A DNA stretch of 63,923 nt, counting the filler, from Ministeria vibrans ATCC 50519 (lineage: Eukaryota; Protista; Filasterea), in assembly GCA_943704425.1 (NCBI GenBank). It is 6 parts of 6 records of this genome, joined end to end, with 100 filler letters (N's around TTAATTAATTAA, not from the genome) between each part and the next. Parts side by side here need not be neighbours in the genome. Positions count along the whole stretch, not along the records: positions 43,958 to 60,812 come from CALSCP010001833.1; positions 60,913 to 62,202 come from CALSCP010001208.1; positions 62,303 to 63,923 come from CALSCP010000303.1; 3 more parts are not named here. One strand, 5' to 3'. Shown one piece after another: positions 50,746 through 63,428 of this stretch. Within the stretch, counting starts at the first letter, position 1. Every line of letters starts with the position of its first letter. A program made the position numbers and the translations under genes. Below the pieces are notes generated by a model that saw only the letters and a program-made list of their open reading frames with translations, did no database searches and was not told where the DNA came from.

Positions 50746-53700
50746 TTATATAAGACTCTCGAGCTCGAGTTCCGCACTCCTCGGTTCGACGTCGTCACCA
50801 TCGCCAATTATCACAAGACCGGCCGCCCAACCGCCAACAGGGGTCTTCTTTAGTACTATAGGGGGTAGTTCTTCGTCGTCCTTCGACATGTGCTCCCCTT
50901 CTTGGTTCTTCTTTGGGGTTGCGCTGCCGTTAATCTTTGACACCTCGTCGTCCTGCATCGACTGGGGCACAACGTCGACAACGGCGCTGCGACGCTTTGC
51001 GCATTGCGCCGCCAACGACTCCCCCAGCGTAGTTGCCATGAGGACGATTGCAATGAACAGGAACACCAAGTCCATAAGACCTCCAATCTCGCCCATAATG
51101 CCAAGGAGAGTAAGCGCATTCGACCGCGTTCGCTGAAACGACATGCTCGCCACGTTAAGCTCAGTCGCCCCTAACCAAACTCACTTTGAGTACGTTGTCA
51201 CAGTCACACCCTCACCAGCGTACATACCCTCAGTGAGTAGCTCCTGTCCTTCAATTTGCCACTGGTCGCTACCGTCCACTGTGTCCACCAGCCGCACCAG
51301 CGCCACGTCCTACACAAACGACACAGCGTGCGGTCATTGACCCATTTTTAATGAAGTGTTTTTTTCTTCACCTTTTGTCGACTCGATTGGAAGTACCGCC
51401 AATAGTACAAACGCGCCACAACACTCTCGCCAGTAGACATATAGCCCACCTCAAGACACTGACACGTTGTCCCGCCAAAGTCAAGTCCCTACTCACACAC
51501 ACACACACACACACACACACTGGTTAGGCAACCCTTCCCCTTCCCTTCCACCCGTTCTGCTCATATACGAAGAAGCGTACGACGTACATGAGTCGGGTCA
51601 CTGCACAGTCCACTGGTATTGGTTGGGATGGAAAAAGGACGGAAGTCAATCGGAGTGCCCAACTGCACTGGCACACTCTGCGTTTCGTCTTCCACATACA
51701 CGTTTCCATTGAAGTCCTCACACCCATCCACACAAACCTATAAACCCAACGGTTACTCACTTACCAATAAGTAAAAACCAACGCTTGAGACAACTCAGGC
51801 GTTTGACGCACACTTACGCAAGTAAACTGAAAGGTAGCAGCGACCCCTTTGGGCGCAAACGGCACTGTCACCGTCGTTGTCTGCGTCGCGTGTACGTAGC
51901 GGTGCAGCAGAATGCTCGTGTACACCACAACCACTACCACCCAGGCCACCGAGAGCACAAACCGAAACAGCGTTACACTTTTCGGGTCATAGTGGCCCTA
52001 TCAACACAGAAAATAAAAAAATCAACACAGAAAATCAAAAGGAAACGACGACAGGTCTCCTCCTAGCAAACAAACTCGCACCTTTCGGAATATGTCCAGA
52101 GTCCGCAATCGGTCGCAAATTGTCATTTTCTTTCGCACCAACTCCTCCTTGTCCTCACTCCCATGTCTCCTTCCACTCCACACAGTGCTTCGTTGTGATG
52201 CCATAGCCAGCGACACACCACTCTCACTCTGCGCCCGCCGCACTCCCGCAGTATCCTTTCCACTCTCGATCTCCCGCATTCCCAACTCTTCTTCCTCTTC
52301 ACAATCTTCCAAAACATCCGTCTCATCAAAATGCCGCCGTACCAGTCGCACCAGCGCCATCAACAGCTGCATCAGTGGCGCCAAGAACCCAATAAAGCCT
52401 CCAATCAGCCCAAACATCTCGAGCGCGTCCTTGTCGCGTGCAACAACCTCATGAAACTGCAAACAGACCACTGTCATCACAACAACAACACACACACACA
52501 CACATAATTCATATATATATATGCTTTTTTTTTATATATATGCACCTGCAACACCTCTGCCTTAACCGGACCCACCCCACCAAACGGCCCCAGGGCAGGC
52601 TCATTGAGCAGGTTCTCGCCTAACATCTCGTCGTATGTGTCGCGCGCATTCACCCTGTTCTCATGGTGTACCACCGTCACACTCGTTGTCAACATTCCCC
52701 GCAGCACATATGCCTGTAGTCGTGAGGGTGTGCTCACACTGTACACCTCACTGTACATATTGCAGAGACACAAAAAGGTGTGAGATGAGTGGGTGGTGGA
52801 TGTAGCTCGAGATCGAGTCTCACCCAAACGTGTCACAATGACACGCATTATCAGCAAAGGTGGTGCCATTGAGAGGACACGCTCCCGCACTGGGCACTGT
52901 GGCACCTGCAAGCGTGATCTCACGTGGATACACAATCTGCAAACAACCAGCTTCATTATTCAAAAGCCACTATCCCTTATAATTACGTCTCTTTTATAAT
53001 TACGTCTCTGCGCGCACTGGTGCCCCTTGCCAGCGGCTCTCCGTCAATTGTGCAGTTAAACACACAGCTGCACACAAAATCAAATTCGGCCGTCTCTCCG
53101 ACAACCCCCGAAGTCTGGGCACACACAAGGATACACCACCTATCAGTGTCGCGTACTACTTTGTTCTACTTACCTCAATGGTCAAGTCAGTGGCACTTAC
53201 ATACGCATAGATTTGCCAAGAGCCATAGGCCAGAACAAGAGCAAAAAAAACCAGTGACAAAACTGCACCCAGGAGCGACGCCGTCTGCGGACGCCCATGG
53301 CCGCGAGCCTACATGCACAGAACATTGTCATACCACAAAAACACACACCACAAAAGCACACATCACAAAGACACACACACCAAACATGCACACACCACAC
53401 ATACACACACCACACATGTACACACCACACATGCACACACCACACATACACACACCACACATGTACACACCACACATGCACACACCACAAGGACACACAC
53501 CAAACATGCACACACCAAACATGCACACACCACAAGGACACACACCAAACATGCACACACCAAACATGCACACACCACAAGGACACACACCACAAATGCA
53601 CACACCACAAATGCACACACCACAAAGACACACACCACAAAGACACACACACACACTCTTATCATAATTTTCTCCCTCAGCTTACATATCCATCGTATTG

Positions 53701-54880
53701 CAGCAGTCTCGTGAGCCATCCGTGCGCTCGTGGCTCCGCTAGCTTCACGGGCGTCTCCTGCGCCAGTCGATAGACAGGCTCGCGCTCACCCACACAGACA
53801 CCGAGTGTCCACACAAGGACAACAACAACAAAGAAGGACGTGCTGATCACATCAATGGACCCTCCTATCCCCCCAAGCAGCTCAAGTACCGTCTCATCGT
53901 CTTCTGTCCGCTCCTCCAGCTATATAGATTCAAGAATTACATTTCATGAAATTTAATTTCCCCTCACCTGAACAATATAGGATCTGAAACTAAAGACGCC
54001 TTCTGTAGCAAGACGGTCGCCGTCCAGCGTCCAATAGTCAGCGCCGTCAAATTCGTTTGTGCGGTGGAACAGGACGACAGGCTCTTCACGCCGCAGCACC
54101 CTCGAGTCCAAGTTGTGACGGTAGCGCAGCACCACCTCGGACACACCGACGCCATCCGAACGCACCGTACTGACCGTACTAGGGTATTCACACACGCAAA
54201 ACTGTGGCCCTGCAGTGCCAAGCTCCGTCACATTCACATAGCCAGGTGCACAAGGGGGAGCAAGGGTCGTTGGTGGAGAGCGAAAGTGGTACACGGCAAG
54301 CGCAACGACTGGAATGTCACGACTCTCGCCATCCGGAACATACTCGGCGGGAACACCCGATCCTACACACAGCAAGAGCAGAAGAGCGGGTGAGTTGTAT
54401 TGTGGGTGTGTTGTGAAGAGTGATTCAGCATGGAAATATTTGACATTGAACGACGTACTTAGCGCGAAAAACTGACAGCCTTCGGCACAATGACAGGCAA
54501 AGCGAAACACCGACGTCTGATCAAACACCGGCTCAATCTGAGTTGAGCCTTCGCGTGTCAGAAAGGCTGAAATAACAACACAAACAAACACAGCTGGTGA
54601 GAATTCGAATGGGACGAGTCGACATACACTGGACGAGAAAGGCGGTGTACGCAATGGCACACGGAACAAACACCACACTGAAAAACACCCCAAGATAGGT
54701 GCGAGTTGGGCGCAGAGGGATCTCTTCTTTCAGCAAGCCGTGTCTAAACGGAAACGGTGAGCATTTGTGGTTGGCGTGGCAACCGCAGCAGATCACAGCG
54801 CACCGAGAAAGGCTCTGTCCAACGCCCTTTATAGTCGCCACACGATGCGTACGACGATGTAGTATGCGTGGCAGATGCAT
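50746..54880 (-). CDS. About 940-aa membrane protein of three tandem homologous two-TM/Cys-ectodomain units (ENaC/DEG/PAC-like or ERGIC-like topology)
   Basis: 15 exons with GT-AG introns, all in phase: 54880-54804, 54743-54628, 54566-54459, 54362-53968, 53919-53686, 53308-53174, 53114-53004, 52936-52824, 52750-52546, 52456-52082, 51997-51818, 51737-51588, 51488-51372, 51309-51228, 51170-50746 (2823 nt). Confidence 0.8.
53325..53656. repeat. 15-bp CA-rich minisatellite in the intron joining units 1 and 2
   Basis: Variants of CACACCACACATGCA repeated about 20 times. Confidence 0.9.
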
Positions 54881-55147
54881 CACAGGTAATTTAGTGATCA
54901 GTTTGAGAATTGAATAACGCTCAAAAATGGAAATGGACTGAAATGGACCTCATGATTCTTTCATTACGGATTGCATTCGTCATTAAATCGTTATTGGAGA
55001 GTAAGTAGTATTGCTGTGAAAGGGTGGTTTTTGCGAAGTTTCTTAAACAATTTTCAGGGATACTTTTGAAAGGATGTCGATATGGTTATTATTATTATTT
55101 TTATGGCTGGATTGGAATTCGATTTGATAATTTTTTCCTTTCTTTTG

Positions 55148-55422
55148 ATGAACTGGCTTATCACCAAGGCGGACGCGGTCGTCGTGGCCTGGCAAAGCAC
55201 TTCAACGGAGCAGCGACGTGTCCTGGCGGGCGTCCTCGCTGCGACGACCATTGTGTTTCTTGCAGTGGTATTTGAAAATTTCGGCAAACAAAACGCGCAA
55301 GTGTGAATGCGTCTCTATTAGATATACGCCATGCGACGCAGACCGCACGCCCAGGGGGAGCCAAGCAGCACGGCAGCGGCTCCCGTCGAGAAGAAGAAGG
55401 TACGGTGGCAAGGGGGCGAGCG

Positions 55423-55457
<35 letters not shown>

Positions 55458-58193
55458 CTAAACGAACGGCAAAGGCGAACGGGCGACGGGAGAGCGACAA
55501 CGGCACCAGCTGCGCCTGGTTCAACGCCCTTCTGCCTCTCATCATGCCGCGCTCGCTCTTTTCCTGCTCGGACAAGTTCCGGACGCACATGCACCGCGAA
55601 CTCAAGAGGATAGCGTCGGCGGAACTGTCGACGGTACGCTCCTCGCACTTATAAAGTATTCTGTCGTCGTCGCTCACTCTCGCTGCGTTCCGGCCGCCAT
55701 CCTCCTCGTAGCGGTCACTGACCATCGAAGAAGTCACAGCCGGCACCTTTTTGCCGGAAATCAGCGACATGAAAATGACGAGGGGCGCAAATGGGACGGA
55801 GGAGGAAGGGGCGCTGGTAACCACAAGACACGGCGCGCTCTCAATGCCCTCACACGCCTGCCACCGCTGACTTTTAGACATTTACCTTTCGCCTTGAGTA
55901 CCGAGCGAACGCAAGTCTTAAGACGGGACAGGCGTTGACCTTTCAGATTGCAGACGATTGGGTCTTTGGACAGCTCGAGCCGTTCCGACAGGCAGTTCTG
56001 ATGCAAGTCGAGAGTTTTGAAGCGACCGTCCGGGTCACAGTGCCCCGCGAGACACTCGGAGACGCTTCGCTGTCACTGCTGAGTGTGCCCTCTCTGCGCA
56101 TTCGCGTGGTTGCTCCCGGCACTCTGGCGCACCTCCCTGAGATTCAAGCCCTGCTCGAGGAGCGCGTCACGGCCATCATCAAACGCCTTCTGATCGCACC
56201 CGCATCACAAAAGATCCCTCTGGAACTGACCGCATTCATGGCTCGCCCCGATACACTACTCTCTCGCAGCCCCCTGACCATGCCGACACTTACATCGTCC
56301 ACAGGACTCAACGTGCGCGTTGTCTCCGCATCGGGCCTCGTCGCAATGGACTCCAATGGTTTCAGCGATCCTTACTGCGTTCTTCACATTGACAACGGCC
56401 CTTCTTACCGCACAAAGACCAAGAAGAGAACTCTCAATCCAAAGTGGGACGACGAATTTTACCTGTAATCCGAAAAGCAAAAGCAAAGCGATCGACTCAA
56501 CCCCCAATCCTCACCATTCTATCCCTAACTCTGTAATTAATATTAATAATATTTATTTATTGTCTTTTTTTAGGCCTATTCTGCCTAAAAGTGAACAGCT
56601 GACTATCCAAGTGTTTGACCATGACCGAGTCAGTGCAAACGGTACTCCCATTAAACTTTAAATGCCGAACAAAACCCTTTACCACTCTATTTGAAGATTT
56701 TCTCGGGGAAGCGAAGATTCTTCTTGCCTCATTGCCACGAACCAGCCGATGGATGGAGCGCAAATTTCCTCTACAACCACGAGTGGGCCACCAGGATCGC
56801 GTGACAGGCCGGGTGCAGCTGGCTTTCTTTTTCGAGTCGCCCGACGCAGACCCCTTCGGGCCGTCCGCCGCAGTCCCACCCTACCAGCCCAGTTCCTCTG
56901 GTGCCTCTGCATCTGCCTCCTCTGGCCTCACGTCCACCATCTTCAACTCAGCTCGCCACATTGTTGATCGCATCAACCCCCTATCGCCCCCCACTGCCGC
57001 AAAAACACAACAACAACAACAACAACAGTCACATTCTCGTGACGAGCCACCCTCCTCGTACCCACTTTTTTTACTCCCCCACCCACTCCCTGACTTACTC
57101 ACTCTCGCCTTGCAGTCCCTCTGAGCCCTGTCTTCCTCCTACGACTACTCCTCGCATCAGTACTCTTCATTGTGTTGTGTCTTTTTTGTTTTTTTTTTAT
57201 TTGTGTGTGGTTTGCTTACCTTCTCTCTCTCTCTCCCTCTTTTTTTTTTTTGTTTCAGCTGTGAGTAACACTCAACAGCGCATTTCCATCACAAACACTC
57301 CTCTGGACATTGGTATGTTCACACACACAGTATGTAACAATCACTCACAAGGTATTTCTTGGTATAGCGAATCAAATGTCAATGCTTGAGGACGACCGAC
57401 TGTCTGTGGACACCAACGCAACAGAAATGCCCTCTTCAAGCACAGGTCTCGTTTTGAGTGTCCAGTGCATGTACCAACTTTGTCATTGTTCTTATTATGT
57501 TGCAATGCCATGACTGTCGTTACAATTGCGACCTATTGTGTGTATGTGCATTGGCTTTCTTCTATGACGCTATTGTTACAATTTGTTGTATTGATGATTT
57601 GAATTGCGATGGTGTGATTGTGTTTCTTTCTGACTTGTCTTCTCTGGTTTGCTGACAGTCGCTAATATGTCACTCGATTGCACTGCACTGCCTTACTCCT
57701 CCTCGCGCGCCTTTTTATTTATGTATTGCAGGCCATCGTTCCAAGTTACTGATGGAGCTCACTGTGGGAGGCGAGCTGCGACACTACGTGGTGGAAGGTA
57801 TTTCGCGTAGACACTTGAGTCTCACTGATATAATTGTTCAATTGTGTAGACGACAAGAAGATTCCGAAAGAACTCAAAGGCGGACAGAAGGTGCACTTGT
57901 TCCAGGGCCATGCATTTGTTGCGCGACATTTTCCCAAGCACGAACCTTGTGAAGTGTGTCGGGCGCTGCTGAGAGGCTACATTGGCAAGCAGGGCTACCA
58001 ATGCCGCGGTACTTTCCTTTTCTTGCGCTGTCGAACACTTCACGCTGACCCCCTCTCCTTCTTGTGGTGTTTTTTTTTGTTCTCTGTAGATTGTCTGATG
58101 GTGGTGCACAAATCGTGTCATACGCGCGTGACAACCCAGTGTTCCAAGAGCGATAGTACGCATTGGAACATCACTCAATCTGTATCAAAATGA
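55148..58193 (+). CDS. ER contact-site lipid-transfer protein, TM-SMP-C2-C1 (TMEM24/C2CD2-like), multi-exon
   Basis: N-terminal TM; SMP 'SCAWFNALL..LPEI'; C2 'SASGLVAMDSNGFSDPYC..TLNPKWD..VFDHD..DFLGE'; C1 'HAFVARHF..CEVC..KQGYQCR|DC..VHKSCH'. Confidence 0.8.
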
Positions 58194-58541
58194 ACGAAAG
58201 AGAGGCAAGGACAAAGATTACGGTGACGTGAAAACACTGTTCATTGTGAATTTGGGATATACTTTGGTGGTATTTCATGTGATGATCACAGACGAAAATG
58301 AAAAATTCGTCTTCTCATTCTAATTGTAATGATTGATCACAACAAAAAAAACAAATAATTATGATGATGATTGAAGCAAAGCAATTGGTGTGATACGGAA
58401 CAAACGCTGATTGATCGTGTAAGTGCCGAGCTATGAGCATGTTCAACACCTCTACAGCGCGCAAGGTGAAAAAGTGAAACTAATTAAAAATCGATATGCA
58501 TTATTCGATATACATAATTCTTTTGCTGTTTGTCGTTTGCG

Positions 58542-60646
58542 ATGAAACGCTTCACCCTGCGTTCCACGGAAGGCAAACACAACAAATCGATGGAGGAGGA
58601 TCTTGATCCCGCAGAACGATTGCGCATCAGTCGGTACGAATGTGAACTTCGAACCACCCGTCCCGTCCTGCGCCTCCCATTCGCAGCACTCCCTTTCCAA
58701 CCAGCTGTACACGCTCTGCAGCATTGAATTGGACGAACGCGGGGCAGTTTTAACCGCAGCACGCCCATTCTCAATGTATTTTTTCGGTGTAGTGCGGCAC
58801 AGTCCCTCTTGGGCGACGACGAGGACGATGGCGACGACAGCCCCGGACACACCGCCCCGGAGGCCGTTGCCTTGCCCCGTGCGACAAGTGCGACCGCCCC
58901 GACGGGCTTGCTGGCGCCTCCTGCGTCTATGGCGACGGGGTCGAGTCGCAGTCTGCCGTCATCGCCGCTCTCGTCGCCACTGCTGTCCCGCAAGCGAGAG
59001 ACAGACAGTCCCAGTGCCTCCGAAGACTGGTCCATTGTCCCCCCGGCACAGGGTGCCGATGTGTATGAGACGCAGTTGGCAATCATCGAGCAGCAGCTCG
59101 TGCAGGCGCTGCTCGAAAACAACGAGCTCAAGACCCGCCTCACTGCGCAGCCAGACACCTCTGCGACTGCCGCCGCAGCAACCACGCCAGAAGCGACGTC
59201 TTCGACTGAAATCACCACAGAAATGTCGATTTCCGATGAGCGTAAGCAGAGAAAGAAGCAATAGCAAACGTCGATCGATCATTTGTTATTGTGTTGTAGA
59301 CGAGCGCGTTGGTGCGCCTTTGCGACAGTGGAACCTTCCGTTGGTTGTGCGGGAGTTTCTTGACTTGTTTGACAACAGCGATTTGGACGCGGACTACAAC
59401 AGCGTGAGCCACGAGGACGTTGAGCCGGAGATGAAGATTAAGTTGCTCAAGCAAAATGTGAAGCGCTTCAAACGAGCATTCCGGCCTGTTGCGAATCTGT
59501 TTGGGGCCGTTGAGCATGTGCACGCCTGGCGGTCACCGGGCACGTCCGCACTCTGTGCTCTGGTGTACTTCTTCTGTGCACTGCGTGGGTGTCTGGTGAG
59601 CACACTGCTCTTTGCGTTGCTCTCCCTTTTGCTGTACAACTACACGCAGATTGGTCGCGCAGACTCGCGCATGTTTGGGTCGGGCGGCGTCTACGACGAA
59701 CCCGACACGGACTACAACCTACGCGAAAAGTTCCAAGTGGTGGTGTGGGTAGCACGTATTGTGCAGAATAGACTCGCCAAGTTTGCAGATGTCCTCGAGC
59801 GGGTTCGCAAGTACGAAATCCTATATAGATTATTAATTATTTTTTATTATTATTATTTTTATATAATTATTTTTATTTTTATATAATTATTTATATTTTT
59901 TGTGTTGTTTGGGTGGGTGTCATGTGTTGCACTCTCACTGTGTCATTCAGTACACCGCTACATACTTCGGCTCTTTCGTATTGTGTCATTTAACACATTC
60001 ACATATACACTGGCTCTTTCATGGTATCATTACATTCACACATTTACACCAATTGCCTTTGTCTCTTTTTTAGTCTGATTATGTGGCGTCAACCACAAAA
60101 GACACAGCGTATCACAACCGCCCTGACCGCGGCACTGGCCATTTCTCTGGTTGCCTCTTTTGATCTCTTTTCATTTCTCTTTGCACTGTTTGTGGGCTAT
60201 GAATTCTTTCTGCTCTCCTGGCTGTACCATTCCTTTCCAAAGACACTTCGCTTCAAAGGACGTTTCCTGCGCTCCCTTAAAACCGACGCTGAACTCACCG
60301 CACTGCAAAAGGCCCAAGAACAAGAGCAACAAAACCCAAGCACGCCAACGAGAGCCACAAGCGGAACCTCCACCCAAAGCGCATTGCGTCGTCGTCTCAA
60401 CCGCACACCAAACAACACTACCAGTGGTCGTGCTTCGTCGCGCACTCACAGTGAATCCGCAAGCAGTGCCCCTCTTGATCTCTCATTTATTCCCATTGAC
60501 TCGGATCTCGCTCTGCGTTTGGCCATTCCAGAAACAGAACTCAGTGCTCTCTTCGTCTGGAAATGTCTTCTCATTAATCCACAAAACAAAATGAAGTCCC
60601 GCAAAGGACGTCTTTTCCTCACGCACTCTTACGTCATTTTTCAAGG
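58542..60646 (+). CDS. GRAMD4: GRAMD4-like protein (coiled coil, TM hairpin, start of the GRAM domain), 3' truncated
   Basis: YETQL..QLVQALLEN, KQNVKRFKRAFRPV..W.SP.TS, LREKFQVV..VQN, WRQP, KGRLFLTHSYVIF. Confidence 0.8.
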
Positions 60647-60669
60647 TAAAACATAATAATAATTATTAG

Positions 60670-60812
<143 letters not shown>

Positions 60813-60912
60813 NNNNNNNNNNNNNNNNNNNNNNNNNNNNNNNNNNNNNNNNNNNNTTAATTAATTAANNNNNNNNNNNNNNNNNNNNNNNNNNNNNNNN
60901 NNNNNNNNNNNN
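60813..60912. other. Artificial contig spacer
   Basis: N44-TTAATTAATTAA-N44. Confidence 0.97.
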
Positions 60913-61278
60913 AGTTTAAGCTCGCAATCAAACTCAAAATTGACCTCGCTCTGGACCGTACTATATTGCTCTCCATTGAGTAATTATTCAGTAATTATTC
61001 TCTAGGGCTAAGTAGGTATGGTTGTTAGAGTTTGACGAGCCGTCCTGGTCTCTAACCCACTTGTTGAAGCACAGTGATATTCATATTCATTTGTTATATA
61101 TTGAACTATCCTCTGTATTAATCGGTCCTTGTGACCATGGTTATCAATTGATTAAGATAATCGGTTGGTAAATTGTAAATTGTGAGTCTTGAAAAAAGAC
61201 ATAATTTACTGCGGATTCCGTTGCGGCTTAGCAAGCGAGTTTCATTTTTCTTTCTATTGACTATTCACTTCTTCTAAT

Positions 61279-62143
61279 CTAACACGGGTCTTCAATGACA
61301 TCGATTGTCAGTAAGGAGGCGGCCAGTCCCTTGAGGCGGTTCAGAGTGGACGCGCAGATGTGAGCCAGCGGTTGGATAAGCTGGAGGTCTCCGCCGATGG
61401 ACGTGACGCTGGCGAGGCCGGTGAGGTCCGTCAGCGCCGAGTTGCTCTGGACTTTGAGGGATCCACCGATGGACGTGACGCTGGCGAGACCGTTGAGGTC
61501 GGTCAACACCGCCTGGCTCGAGATGTAGAGGTCTCCGCCGATGGACGTGAGGCTGTCGAGGCCGGCCAGTCTGGTCAGCGCATCGTTGGTTATGAAGAAG
61601 AGGGATCCGCCGATCGACGTGACACTGTCGAGGCCGGTGAGGTTGGTCAGCGCGTTGATTTGGGAGATGGAGACGCTTCCGCCGATGGACGTGACACTGG
61701 CGAGGCCGGTCAGGTCGGTCAGCGGGGTTGGCGAGGAGTAGAAGTACAGATCACCCGCAACCACAACATTTTGAAACCCCGCCACAGCATCCATCCCTGC
61801 TTGGCCCCTGATGTTGATGTTCCCAATCACCAGCTTCCCCCAGCGCCGGCACAATTACACCTCTCAACGATTTTCTCGTCCACTGCGGATTCTGTGGCGA
61901 CTTTCGCCCCGTCCGCGTAAACGGCGCCCTGCACCATGAGCGAACCATTCACAGATGGTGTCATGACGATGTCGCCGTTGACATTCGTGCTAGCGTGGCG
62001 TGAAAAAGAAGAGAGAAATTCGAGAGAAAAAAAAACGATTGTTGCACTCACATTTCAGCTTGCCCGGCACTCGCAACGCCACATAGGAGTGATAGGACGG
62101 TCAGGACGGTCAGAAACACGCAAACATAGCAAGCGACTTTCAT
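61279..62143 (-). CDS. Secreted receptor-L-domain-type leucine-rich repeat protein; 1-nt frameshift at 61837-61841
   Basis: Signal peptide MKVACYVCVFLTVLTVLSLLCGVASA, one intron, and about five 25-aa repeats L..LTGLxSVTSIGGxL. Confidence 0.7.
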
Positions 62144-62202
62144 TTTTTATTTTTGTTTGGTAAATAAAAATTAATTGCAAGTTTGCAAAGGAAACTTATT
62201 AT

Positions 62203-62302
62203 NNNNNNNNNNNNNNNNNNNNNNNNNNNNNNNNNNNNNNNNNNNNTTAATTAATTAANNNNNNNNNNNNNNNNNNNNNNNNNNNNNNNNNNNNNNNNNN
62301 NN
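62203..62302. other. Artificial contig spacer
   Basis: N44-TTAATTAATTAA-N44. Confidence 0.97.
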
Positions 62303-62321
62303 CTCTATCACTTTGTTTCTG

Positions 62322-62415
<94 letters not shown>

Positions 62416-62437
62416 ACTCGACTCTCTTTCTCTCAGG

Positions 62438-63428
62438 ACTGTTGGGACGGCAGCTGCCAGAGATGCTGGCGCTTCTTGCGGATGTTGCGATATACTACAA
62501 CGCATCAATAGAACTTCCCGCAAACATGGAGATTGTGTGGGTGACCAAGAGTCGAGCGCGCGGTGGAGTGGTGGAGACGAAAACGAAGAAGTACGCGCTG
62601 ACATTCGGCGCAGTGGAAGACGCGATGATTGCGGAAATGAGGCAAGAAGATAGAACACTTTCCCATGTCATGACGCTAATGCATATGCGTAGACGCAAGC
62701 ACACGCGACGCCGACCTGCCTCGGACATGCGACAGATCAAGACAGTCAACGATGGCAATGAGGATGCCTTTGATCGGATGTTTGACACGGACAGCGAAGC
62801 ACGCGAACTCCTTTATACAGTACCAACACACTCACACGACAGAGAGAGACGCAAAGACAGAAAGTATTTTATGTATTTTATATGAGAGCGGCTCACTACA
62901 CACACACACACTTTCATTGCAGACAAACGCACAAAGGGCCACTCACACTCACATGTTCTCTTCTTAGGACATTCTTGCGTTCTGCAATCGCTCTCTTGAG
63001 CCAATGAAAGTTACTGTGTCTAATCTCGAGAAACAGTTTCGCGACGGAACTCTATTTCTCTTTCTCTTAGGTTCTACTCAATCTCATCCTTACAATCCAA
63101 ACTTGTCTCATCCAAACTTGTCTCACTCTCTCCGTTTCTGTCTTTTCTTTCTTTAGCGATTTTGGGTAAATATTTTGTTCAAATGTCAAAGTATTATCTT
63201 GTTCCAGAAAACTCAACGCAACGCGTAAGAAAAATCCAAACCCTAAAGATAATAATAATAATCACTTGTAATTAACATGCTTAGCTTCACAATGTGACGC
63301 TGTTTCTGGATCAGTTTGAAGATATGGGGTTCAATGTGAAGCGAATGCGAGCGAGCGATATTGTTGCAGGAGATCTCAAGACGACAATGCGCGCACTGGC
63401 ACTGATTTATGAGACGTACTCGACATGA
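62438..63428 (+). CDS. Parvin (end of CH1, linker, CH2), 5' truncated, multi-exon
   Basis: [33 protein letters not shown]|[30 protein letters not shown]. Confidence 0.85.

Noticed and set aside
53197-53773. His/Cys-rich metal-binding ORFs
   Set aside because: They are translations of an intronic 15-bp minisatellite.
55148-60646. Single SMP-C2-C1-GRAM fusion gene
   Set aside because: There is a stop at 58193, an AT-rich gap, and a plausible new ATG at 58542. Two genes is simpler, though cDNA is needed to be sure.
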